Shown here piece by piece: positions 39,144-47,559 of a stretch of 64,000 nucleotides of DNA (within the stretch, counting starts at the first letter, position 1; each line of letters starts with the position of its first letter). A model generated the notes under the pieces. It made no database searches, was not told where the DNA came from, and saw only the letters and a program-made list of their open reading frames with translations. The stretch comes from Methylococcales bacterium (lineage in GTDB: Bacteria; Pseudomonadota; Gammaproteobacteria; Methylococcales; Methylomonadaceae). The stretch spans positions 57,030 to 121,029 of the forward strand of contig JAQTUW010000001.1 in the NCBI GenBank assembly GCA_028707085.1, in the 5' to 3' direction. The translations under genes and the position numbers were made by a program.

Positions 39144-39155
39144 TTCTAATTAGAA
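39144..39155. promoter_or_regulatory. 12-bp perfect palindrome TTCTAATTAGAA, candidate MarR operator
   Basis: The sequence was read directly. It lies 16 nt upstream of the marR-family start codon. Confidence 0.35.
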
Positions 39156-39229
39156 TTATATAATAGCGACAAGAAATCTTGCTCACAACAAAAAACTGTT
39201 CGGTCGCATGGGCCGCTGACAGCGGTTTG

Positions 39230-40834
39230 TCAGCGCGGAACATGTTCATCCGGCAGTTCGCGGTCGGTGAGCAAATCTTCTCGGTTTTCCCCGCCGGAAA
39301 CATACACCAGCGTCGCCGCCGAGTGTAATAAGGCGGCCCGGGAATCGATTTCGGTATAACGGGCTCGGGCCAAATCCTTTTGGGCCGACAACAGTTCGAT
39401 CACAGTGGAAAAACCGTGATGGTAGGATTCCCGGGTGGCGGCGTAGGATTCCTCGGCGGCTTTCAGCAAAGCCAGGGCAAACTCGCGTTTTTCCAGCGAA
39501 GTCTTGGTGTCGGCATAGGCTTTCCAGATATCGCGCATGATTTCCAGGCGCAAGGCTTCAAGCCGGGCTTTGGAAGCCTGCTGCTTTGCCTCCGCTTCAT
39601 GCACGGCATTGCTACGTTCAAAGCCGTCGAACAAAGTCCATTCCACATTCAGCATTGCGGTATCGACCAGATTGCTCCCGGAATAAGTTTGGTTGCCGGG
39701 CGGATTGGTATGCACATTGCCCCAGTATTGGTTGCCGACCATGCCGCGCAGGGAAATCTTCGGCCAGAAGTCAGCCCTGGCTTTTTTTACGTCGGCTTCG
39801 CGGGCGCGCAATTCGGCGAGGCGGGCCATCAAATCCGGACGTTGCTGCAAAGCCTGATCGATAATCTTTTCCACAGACTGTTCCAGCTCCACCGGCAAAG
39901 GCAGTTTGGTCAGGTCTATGAGCTGTAGGGAATAAGCGGGCGAAATGCCGAGGTTGGTCATTAGCTCGGCCCGGATCTGGGTGACTGCGCCGCGGGCATC
40001 CTGATGATCGTAACTGGCTTTGGCCTGCTCTTGAATCGCCAGTAACAAATCCGGTTTTGTGGCGAGCCCTCTGTCGAGTTTTGCCTGGACAGACGTGGCA
40101 TTGGCCTTTGCCGCCTCAAAGGTTTGTTGCGCGGCGGTGACTTTGGCCAGTGCGGCCTGATAGCTAAAAAAACTGCTGGCGACCCGATAGGCGATGTCCT
40201 GATGGGTGCGGTCGAAAGCAAAATTGGCCTCGCTAAGATGGGCGTCGCCGGCGTTTACCAGGGCTTCCCGGCGGCCGAAATCAAACAGTGTCCAGGCCAG
40301 ATCCAGGCTGCCGTATGCGGCGTAACCATGGCTGACCAGCGGGCCGCCGGGGATGGGGAAACTGGTTTTGAAAGATTGGCCGAAAGCCATGGCCGTCAAA
40401 GTTGGATACCAGCTGCTGCGATTGCGCTCAAGCCGGGCGGCGGCGGCTTTTGCGTTCTCCCAGCTGATTTTGGTTTCCGGATGAGCGTGCAGGGCCAAAT
40501 CGACCAGCGCGGGCAAATCATAGGTTAAGCGGGTATCGATAACGTCATCTTCAACTGAACGGCTGGATGGGTTTAATGGCTGGCCGCCGGTTTTGGCCCG
40601 GAAATCATGCCTGTCGCCGGCCGTCGCCCAGCCCGCTGGCGAGTCATGGTCGGCAAGCAGCGACGGGGGCTGCGGCATGCAGGCCGTCAACATCAGCATG
40701 GCCGGAATCGTCAAGCCGCCAACGCAGCCGCTCAGGCATGACCGCAACGCCAGGGTACGATCCGGCCTGCGACATGGCAAGGCTGGCAAAAGCAAAAAAA
40801 CCTTGTTTAATAGTCGATTGAGTCGTAGAAGCAC
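39230..40834 (-). CDS. Outer-membrane efflux lipoprotein (TolC/NodT family)
   Basis: It has the lipobox LMLTAC and two OEP repeats with the characteristic coiled-coil heptads. The start codon is uncertain because the leader before the lipobox is long. Confidence 0.85.
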   Translation of the reverse strand: MLLRLNRLLNKVFLLLPALPCRRPDRTLALRSCLSGCVGGLTIPAMLMLTACMPQPPSLLADHDSPAGWATAGDRHDFRAKTGGQPLNPSSRSVEDDVIDTRLTYDLPALVDLALHAHPETKISWENAKAAAARLERNRSSWYPTLTAMAFGQSFKTSFPIPGGPLVSHGYAAYGSLDLAWTLFDFGRREALVNAGDAHLSEANFAFDRTHQDIAYRVASSFFSYQAALAKVTAAQQTFEAAKANATSVQAKLDRGLATKPDLLLAIQEQAKASYDHQDARGAVTQIRAELMTNLGISPAYSLQLIDLTKLPLPVELEQSVEKIIDQALQQRPDLMARLAELRAREADVKKARADFWPKISLRGMVGNQYWGNVHTNPPGNQTYSGSNLVDTAMLNVEWTLFDGFERSNAVHEAEAKQQASKARLEALRLEIMRDIWKAYADTKTSLEKREFALALLKAAEESYAATRESYHHGFSTVIELLSAQKDLARARYTEIDSRAALLHSAATLVYVSGGENREDLLTDRELPDEHVPR

Positions 40835-41289
40835 GTTATTCCATAAAAATTCAGCACTTTTAGGTCAGATTTATTATAACAAATGAACTGTTATGCCCGG
40901 AAAAGACCAAAATCATAGCGCAGGCAAGTGAATCGGATGTTTGCGCATCTCGATGAAAATAACCGGTTATTTTTAGTTGGCGCCCGTGGTTCGATGCGGG
41001 AAAAGTCTATCACCAATTAGTTAGTATTAGAACTTATTTGTTCTGGTAAGAACTATTAGTTTTTGAACTACATCACGATTTTTGCTATTTTCAGTGCATG
41101 CAAAAAAATTCCGCATAGCGATGGCAAATGTTGGGAGGCAATCTTTTAAATTACAAAATTTATCAGCTTCGAAGCAGGGATGCCGACGGCGGACAAAATT
41201 TCCGCAAGATGGGCGGGATTTGTTAATCTATACCCAAAACGCCGCCTGTCGGCGGCAGACAAATATCCACAAGCAGCAGGAGGACTGTC

Positions 41290-41511
41290 ATGTTGGTGCG
41301 TACGTTAGGCCTTATCGTTATCTTTGTGCTGCTTCAGACCCAGGCTTACGCCGTGGACGATGCCGCCCGGCCAAAATCAGAGCCGTCGGCGCCGGTCACA
41401 GGGCAGGGCAAGCCGCCGGCCAGCGCAACCCGGCCGGCGAAAAAATCAGCCAGGCCGCCTGGAAAGGCGTCACCGGCCACGCCTGTCGATTGTCGAATTG
41501 AAAACTGCTGA
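41290..41511 (+). CDS. Small secreted Pro/Ala/Lys-rich protein ending in C-x4-C
   Basis: A strong SD (AGGAGG) lies 7 nt upstream. The signal peptide is MLVRTLGLIVIFVLLQTQAYA. The low-complexity mature part ends ...PVDCRIENC. Confidence 0.5.
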   Translation: MLVRTLGLIVIFVLLQTQAYAVDDAARPKSEPSAPVTGQGKPPASATRPAKKSARPPGKASPATPVDCRIENC

Positions 41512-41533
41512 CCGCCGCCGTAAGGAAAAAACC

Positions 41534-42568
41534 ATGCTCAGCCTGCGTTACATAGCGCCCGCCCTGTTCGCGGCAGCCGCCTGTTTGTCGCCCATGTCCG
41601 CCACCGCCCGGCCGGAGTGGAACCACGGCGCGCAGACCGAAAACGGCCAGGGGCCGGACGGCGCAGGCTGGGGGCATATCGACGCGGAAGAAGACGCGGC
41701 GGCCAGGGGCCATCTGTTTCCCTATGCGGAATGCAGCCTGGGCAGCCATCAATCGCCGATCGCCATCAATCTTACCCAGCACCCGGTCGCCGTCAATCCC
41801 GGCCCCAAACTGGAGCCGCCGCAAGCGGATCACAACCTGCCGGTCGAGGCGCTGGCGCATCCGCTGCAGTTTCGCATCCATTACGACCGTTCCGACAGCA
41901 GCCGCGAAGGCCTGGAAGTGGAAGCAGATCTGCACAACCATTTTGTGTTCGAAAATAACGGCCACGGTATTCAGATCGCTTTTTCAAAAGGTTACCGCGG
42001 CCGCCTGAGCATCGGCCACGACACCTACCATCTGCTACAGTTTCATTTTCACACTCCCAGCGAACACCTGTTCCTGACCGGCCACAGCCAGAACCCGCAC
42101 ACGGTACACTACGATGGCGAAATCCATTTCGTCAACCAGAGCGACGACGGCAGGCTGGCGGTAGTGGCCGTGCTGCTGGACGGTCACGCCGCCAACAGCC
42201 ACAGCGAATTCGACCGGTTGATAGACCGGCTCAGCCATTTTCACAGCCTGGAAGAAACCGGCGCCACGGCTTTTTGCACCGAAGCGGATTGCAGCGGCAT
42301 CCGCCTCAACCCCATGAAACTGATTCCGCACGCACATGCCGTTTACACTTACCAAGGCTCTCTGACCACGCCGCCGTGCAGCGAAAACGTCAACTGGTAC
42401 GTGCTGGACAAACCTCTGCCGGTCTCTGATCGCGCCATCCACGCCCTGAACCACATGTTCCCGTACAGCAATCGCTTCACCCAGAAAGTTGACGGCCTGG
42501 GCGCGGCGGAACCCAGACAGGTGCATGCCTTTCCCTATCACCCAGCGGTTCAGCACGTGCGGCGCTGA
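41534..42568 (+). CDS. Alpha-class carbonic anhydrase (secreted, extended form)
   Basis: The protein contains HQSPIAINL, FHFHTPSEH, GEIHFVN and YQGSLTTPPCSENVNWYVL. The signal peptide is MLSLRYIAPALFAAAACLSPMSATA. The start is set at ATG 41534 rather than the upstream frame extension. Confidence 0.85.
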   Translation: MLSLRYIAPALFAAAACLSPMSATARPEWNHGAQTENGQGPDGAGWGHIDAEEDAAARGHLFPYAECSLGSHQSPIAINLTQHPVAVNPGPKLEPPQADHNLPVEALAHPLQFRIHYDRSDSSREGLEVEADLHNHFVFENNGHGIQIAFSKGYRGRLSIGHDTYHLLQFHFHTPSEHLFLTGHSQNPHTVHYDGEIHFVNQSDDGRLAVVAVLLDGHAANSHSEFDRLIDRLSHFHSLEETGATAFCTEADCSGIRLNPMKLIPHAHAVYTYQGSLTTPPCSENVNWYVLDKPLPVSDRAIHALNHMFPYSNRFTQKVDGLGAAEPRQVHAFPYHPAVQHVRR

Positions 42569-42684
42569 TGAGTGGGTAGGCCGATCAGGACATTACGGCA
42601 GGCTGGATAGGCGCACAAATATTTATTAGCGTCATTCTTCCGGATACAGTCCGGCTTGGGCAAATTGCGCAAAACCTGGGTAGA

Positions 42685-43866
42685 ATGGCAAAAGATCGCC
42701 GCATTGGAGGCGCAGCATACATGGCAAGCATCGGGCTCTGCATGATCGTCAAAAACGAGGCGCATATCATCCGCCGCTGTCTGGAAAGCTGTTTGCCGCT
42801 GCTGGATTATGTGCTGATAGTCGATACCGGCTCCAGCGACGGCACCCGGCCATGCATCCGCGATTTTCTGCACGCAAATGGCCTGCCCGGAACAGTGCTG
42901 GATGAACCTTGGCGCGATTTTGCCCATAACCGCAGCTTCGCCCTGCAAAAACTCCGCGAATGCGCGGACATCGACTACGGGTTGATGATAGACGCCGATG
43001 AGGTGCTGGTTTATGACCAACACTTCAGCGTCAAAGCCTTTAAACAGCAGCTAAACCAGGATTTGTACGACCTGCAAACCCGTTATGACGGCATAAGTTA
43101 TACCCGGCCGCAGTTGTTCAGCAACCGGCTGCCGTTTTATTTCAAAGGCGTGCTGCACGAATATCTGGACATCGACCAGCCTTTCCGGCGCGAGACCGTC
43201 AACGGATTCTTCAACCGTCCCATACAGGATAGCGCCCGCTCCCGAAATCCCGACAAATTCCGGGATGACGCCGCCGTGCTGGAAAAAGCCTTGCGCGAGG
43301 AAACCGACCCCTTTCTGATTAGCCGTTATAGCTTTTATCTGGCTCAGAGTTACCGGGATTGCGGCGACAGGCGGCAAGCCCTGCAAGCCTATCTGCGCCG
43401 GGCGCGACTGGGCGGCTGGGAGGAGGAGGTGTATTACAGCCTGCTCAGCGCCGCTCGCCTGATGGAAAGCCTGGCTTATGCGGAGGATCAGACCATTCAG
43501 GCCTATCTGGCGGCTTACGAAATCCTGCCGGCGCGGCTGGAAGCCCTGCACGACGCCATCCGCTGTTGCCGGCGGCACGGCAAATACCGGCAGGCCTATC
43601 TGCTGGGCAAACACGCTTTATCTCTGCCGGTTCCCCGGGAAGGTCTGTTTCTGGAACAGTGGATCGCCGATTACGGCCTGCTGGACGAGTTTTCGATAGC
43701 GGCCTATTGGGCCGGCCATGACCGGGAATGCTTCGACGCCTGCGCGAAACTATTGAAACTGGCTAGCCTGCCGTCGGCCTACCGGCAGCGAGTGCGGGAA
43801 AACGCCGGTTACGCCATCGACAGGCTCGGTCAGCCCGGTCTGGCAAAACGCTTGCCGCCGGGCTGA
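42685..43866 (+). CDS. Family-2 glycosyltransferase domain fused to TPR-like helical repeats
   Basis: The GT-A N-terminus is GLCMIVKNEAHIIRRCLESCLPLLDYVLIVDTGSSDGT with a downstream DADE. The C-terminal half is helical-repeat-like. Confidence 0.7.
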   Translation: MAKDRRIGGAAYMASIGLCMIVKNEAHIIRRCLESCLPLLDYVLIVDTGSSDGTRPCIRDFLHANGLPGTVLDEPWRDFAHNRSFALQKLRECADIDYGLMIDADEVLVYDQHFSVKAFKQQLNQDLYDLQTRYDGISYTRPQLFSNRLPFYFKGVLHEYLDIDQPFRRETVNGFFNRPIQDSARSRNPDKFRDDAAVLEKALREETDPFLISRYSFYLAQSYRDCGDRRQALQAYLRRARLGGWEEEVYYSLLSAARLMESLAYAEDQTIQAYLAAYEILPARLEALHDAIRCCRRHGKYRQAYLLGKHALSLPVPREGLFLEQWIADYGLLDEFSIAAYWAGHDRECFDACAKLLKLASLPSAYRQRVRENAGYAIDRLGQPGLAKRLPPG

Positions 43867-43873
43867 ACAGTTC

Positions 43874-44407
43874 TCAGCGCGAACGTTTGGCGATTTCGGC
43901 TTCCAGCGCCTTGTGGCGCAAATCGATGTAATTGCTGCCCACCCATTGCCAGAAGGTGGCCGCTGCATCCGGATCCTTGCTCAACAACTTGACCGAGATC
44001 GCGCCTATGCTGCTGATGTCGGTGATTTCCGCCTCGATGTCGATGGTCGGTTTATTCTTGATGAGCCGCTTGTCGGTCTCGAAGCGCAGGTTCACGATCT
44101 CGCCCTTGCGAAACAGAATGTCGCGCTTCAGGCCGCCAAAGAATTGCAGGCGATATTCGGGCACGGACTGAAACCCCACCACGAATTCGTTATGCCAGCG
44201 GAAGGGCGGGCAATTGATGGGGCCGCTGGCTTTGGGAAAATGAATGGTATAACCGTCGTCCACCCTGGCTTTTACGAAACCGCGGGTATAAATCTGCCGA
44301 CAGTTGGTCAGCACTTCGTCGCCGGGTTCGAACTTGTATGCGCCGCTGGCCGGCAGACTGCACAGGCCAAGCACTAAGGCGAAGCAGAAGGTTTTTATTG
44401 GTTTCAT
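43874..44407 (-). CDS. Hypothetical secreted protein
   Basis: The signal peptide is MKPIKTFCFALVLGLCSLPASGA. No family was recognised. The start was moved to ATG 44407. Confidence 0.45.
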   Translation of the reverse strand: MKPIKTFCFALVLGLCSLPASGAYKFEPGDEVLTNCRQIYTRGFVKARVDDGYTIHFPKASGPINCPPFRWHNEFVVGFQSVPEYRLQFFGGLKRDILFRKGEIVNLRFETDKRLIKNKPTIDIEAEITDISSIGAISVKLLSKDPDAAATFWQWVGSNYIDLRHKALEAEIAKRSR

Positions 44408-44812
44408 ACCGTACTCCCTGAGAAACTTGTTTATTATAATTAACCGGCTGTCAACCGCCGGAGGGGTTGGCGGATAGCGCGTCAATCGCTATGTATAGAG
44501 CAGTACCCCCACCACACCGTTTATTGAGTACAGCTTGCCCCGGATCCCGTTTTCATCGTCCGACGGATGATGATGGACACAGCCGCCATGCAGTTTGAAA
44601 CTGTAGGCTGGGAAAGTCAAGAATCCGCTGCCCGGCTTAATGGCGGCCGGCAGGCTTTCGGTTCTGGCGACGTATCTGGGCGGTTTAGGCGCGGACGATA
44701 GATTATTGTCGATTTGCGAACCGAAAACCGATACCTTATAGCGCAGCAGATACCGCACCGGCCGCATTGAAACCCGGCCGGGCAACAACCAACCTTTTGG
44801 AGACGCCGCCTC

Positions 44813-45235
44813 ATGCAGTTAGAACGTTTTAATCAGCTTCGCGAAACCTACAGGAACTGGGTTGACGAACTGGGCAGCCTGTTTATCGAGGCTTTTCATT
44901 ATCTGGCCTTGTTCGTGATCGGCGCCAGCATCCTCTGGTCGGCCATCGTCGCCTTCGGCGGCATGATCGCCCAAGGCAACGCCACCATCAGTGACATCCT
45001 GCTACTGTTCATCTATCTGGAATTCGGAGCCATGGTGGGGATATATTTCAAAACCAGCGCCATGCCGGTCACCTGTCTGATCTACATCGCCATAACCGCG
45101 CTGTCCAGAATGCTGATCGGCGATATTCAGGCCCATCACCAGATCGATATGGGGATTTTACTGGTCTCCGCCTCGATACTGCTGCTGGCCGTTTCCACCC
45201 GCGTGATTCGCAAGCCGACTTCGGACAATAGCTGA
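44813..45235 (+). CDS. psiE: Phosphate-starvation-inducible protein PsiE family
   Basis: The protein is 140 aa with 4 TM segments. The LLLFIYLEFGAMVGIYFKT...LIYIAITALSR pattern matches PsiE. Confidence 0.75.
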   Translation: MQLERFNQLRETYRNWVDELGSLFIEAFHYLALFVIGASILWSAIVAFGGMIAQGNATISDILLLFIYLEFGAMVGIYFKTSAMPVTCLIYIAITALSRMLIGDIQAHHQIDMGILLVSASILLLAVSTRVIRKPTSDNS

Positions 45236-45336
45236 TCGGTTTTTTAATAATGGTTCGGCGACGGTCCGTCGCTGGGCAGGGCGAACGATCCGTCGCACGG
45301 CAACCTTTTTCTGAATTTATTGTTACAGGGGGCGTT

Positions 45337-45723
45337 ATGAGTCTATCGGCGATTGCAATTTTGTTGATCATCGGCCTGGTGTCGGGTGTCGCGGCCGGAC
45401 TGTTCGGCATCGGCGGCGGGGTGCTGATCGTGCCGGGACTGGTTTATCTGGCCGGATATTCGCAACATGCCGCCATCGGCACCAGTCTGGCGGTATTGCT
45501 GCCGCCCGTGGGGTTGGCCGCGGTGATCGAGTTCTACCGGCACGGCAATGTCGAGCTTAGGGCGGCCTTCATCGTGGCGGCGGCGCTGCTGGTGGGCGCC
45601 TGGGGCGGCGCGGTGATCGCCAACCATCTGTCCGGCCAGTATTTACGGCTGGGGTTCGGGATTTTTATCGTCGCGCTCGGCTTTTCCCTGATCTACGAAG
45701 CGGTCAAAAACCTGTCCGCCTAA
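45337..45723 (+). CDS. TauE/SafE-family (sulfite exporter-like) half-size membrane protein
   Basis: The GLVSGVAAGLFGIGGGVLIVPGLVYL motif is present. The start was moved to ATG 45337. Confidence 0.7.
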   Translation: MSLSAIAILLIIGLVSGVAAGLFGIGGGVLIVPGLVYLAGYSQHAAIGTSLAVLLPPVGLAAVIEFYRHGNVELRAAFIVAAALLVGAWGGAVIANHLSGQYLRLGFGIFIVALGFSLIYEAVKNLSA

Positions 45724-45734
45724 GAGCAGGCCGT

Positions 45735-47273
45735 TCAAAACTCCAGATGCACCCGCAGGCCCAGCACATGCACCGGGCCGCGGTCGGCGTTATAGCCTGG
45801 ATTGTTGATGAACTGATAATCCGCCGTGGTCCATACCGAACTCAGCAAATGGTATTTGTAATAAATATCGAACACCTGTTCCGGACTGTAATGGATGTTG
45901 CCGTCGCCGATGAACTGATCGATGCCGCCCATCTGCAAATATTGCACATGGCTGGCGGACAGCATGTTTTGCGCCAGGCCGACGCCGACGGCGTCCTTGT
46001 GCCGGTTCCACAGCCGGCCATGAAACACGGCGCCTAACGATAGCGAACGGTCGGTGGATGTGTAGTTATAGACTTCGGTATTGCCGTCGCTATACATGCC
46101 GCGAAAAAAAAAGCCGATGTCGGCGGTCAGATACTGCTCAATATTGACGCCGACGCCGAATTTGTCATTGGCCTTGCGCACCCAGCACACATCCGGGGCA
46201 TTGGTGTTGCCGGAGCCGTAATTCCAGGTAGTGCAATCGGCGGCGTTTTTGGCCGGGTCGGCCTTGAAGGCGGCAATGGCGTCGCTGAAGCTGCCGGCGT
46301 TGACATGGTTATGGTAACCCAGGATGCGGATAGAACCATCCTGATCGAACAGCCGGTGTTTGTGCTCCACTTCGATCTGGTCGCCGTAAAATTTAAAGGC
46401 CCTAAAGTCTATGTCCAGACCGTTGGGGTTTTTGGGTGGCAGAAACCGCCCGGCTCGAAACGCCCAGTCATCGTAATAGAATTCCCCGGCCAGTCCAATC
46501 GTGTAGCCATGCACGTCGGCGGCAAAGTCGTAGGCGGCGTTGGTCATGAACGACATGTTGAAAAACTGCTGGCGCAAATCGCCGGCAAAGGTGTTTTTAT
46601 CAAAGATGTCCAGCACGCTCATATCGCCGAAGGACACCACCAGCCGCCGGCTGTCGATGTTCTGGGCCAGTTGCATCGGCCCGGAACTTAGATGGCTGCT
46701 TTCTCCGCCAAAACCGACAGTCTGCCGCAGATAGGCCCGCGACCGATACCAGGTGGGCTGTGGCGTGCCGGCTTTCTGAAATTCAAAATCCTGTATCGAG
46801 CCGCCCAGGCCCTTCAGGTTTGAAAAAGGCGTTTCAGAAATCATCTCCGGCGCGCCATACAGCTCTGTGCCGTCCCACAGCTTCAGCCCGCCGTAAAAAT
46901 CCACGCTGGCGGTAAAGGCGTTCTGCGCCTGGGGCAGCAACGAGTTGGGGCTGCCGTTCAGATTGGTGTAGGCCGCCGGAAACGCCGGATGCCATTGCGA
47001 TATATAAGTGCCCTGGCCGTATGCGTTCCAGCGTTCATCCTCCATGTCGTGCCAGTCAAAGTCCGACAGCAACTGCATGAAGGAAAAGTCCGGCAAATTA
47101 TCGATGGGAAACTGCTCGGCGGATGGCAGGCGGGTATCGGCGGCGGCAATGCCGGCCATGCAAAACACCAATAGCCGGAATCCTGCGCACAGCAGCGTAC
47201 GGGCTATTATCCGCGGCAGAACGGCGATCAACACCGCGCCTTTAAAATCCGTAAACCGCAACACGTCATGCAC
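45735..47273 (-). CDS. Carbohydrate-selective porin, OprB family
   Basis: The C-terminal signature is INNPGYNADRGPVHVLGLRVHLEF, and the body has beta-barrel composition. The start is uncertain. Confidence 0.75.
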   Translation of the reverse strand: MHDVLRFTDFKGAVLIAVLPRIIARTLLCAGFRLLVFCMAGIAAADTRLPSAEQFPIDNLPDFSFMQLLSDFDWHDMEDERWNAYGQGTYISQWHPAFPAAYTNLNGSPNSLLPQAQNAFTASVDFYGGLKLWDGTELYGAPEMISETPFSNLKGLGGSIQDFEFQKAGTPQPTWYRSRAYLRQTVGFGGESSHLSSGPMQLAQNIDSRRLVVSFGDMSVLDIFDKNTFAGDLRQQFFNMSFMTNAAYDFAADVHGYTIGLAGEFYYDDWAFRAGRFLPPKNPNGLDIDFRAFKFYGDQIEVEHKHRLFDQDGSIRILGYHNHVNAGSFSDAIAAFKADPAKNAADCTTWNYGSGNTNAPDVCWVRKANDKFGVGVNIEQYLTADIGFFFRGMYSDGNTEVYNYTSTDRSLSLGAVFHGRLWNRHKDAVGVGLAQNMLSASHVQYLQMGGIDQFIGDGNIHYSPEQVFDIYYKYHLLSSVWTTADYQFINNPGYNADRGPVHVLGLRVHLEF

Positions 47274-47559
47274 TCGTCAAGGCAGGGTGAAGAAAGCGGA
47301 CATGATACATAAAACGATAATCATTATCAATTGCAAGGAATAGGCGCATCTCCTGCTTTCCCTGACGCCGCGTGTCGCCGAAAAAAAGTAATCACTAAAC
47401 TTAAAATAGCGGCATAAAACGCCGGCTTTGTATCGAAAAAACGCTTTAAAACCCGCAATGCCCCAGCCTCGATTCGCACAGGCAAAAAAACCGCCGCCTA
47501 AATTCGGCCAAGTCTTTTTCAATCCGCTAGAATAACCGTTTTATCCACGAGCCAGACTG

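Noticed and set aside
41082-41533. A 139-aa ORF (41082..41501) and the 414-aa extended version of the carbonic anhydrase ORF starting at 41324.
   Set aside because: All three forward frames are open in this region. Only the 41290 frame has a strong SD plus a signal peptide. The carbonic anhydrase has its own SD-like sequence and signal peptide at ATG 41534. The extended N-terminus is Arg/Pro-rich shadow-like sequence.
44489-44788. A 99-aa minus-strand ORF between the secreted hypothetical gene and psiE, containing FKLHGGCVHHHPSDD.
   Set aside because: It has a TTG start with only a weak SD, and no family was recognised. A faint resemblance to L,D-transpeptidase-fold toxins could not be supported. 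It overlaps an alternative ORF and the likely psiE promoter region. It is left uncalled but could be revisited with a homology search.
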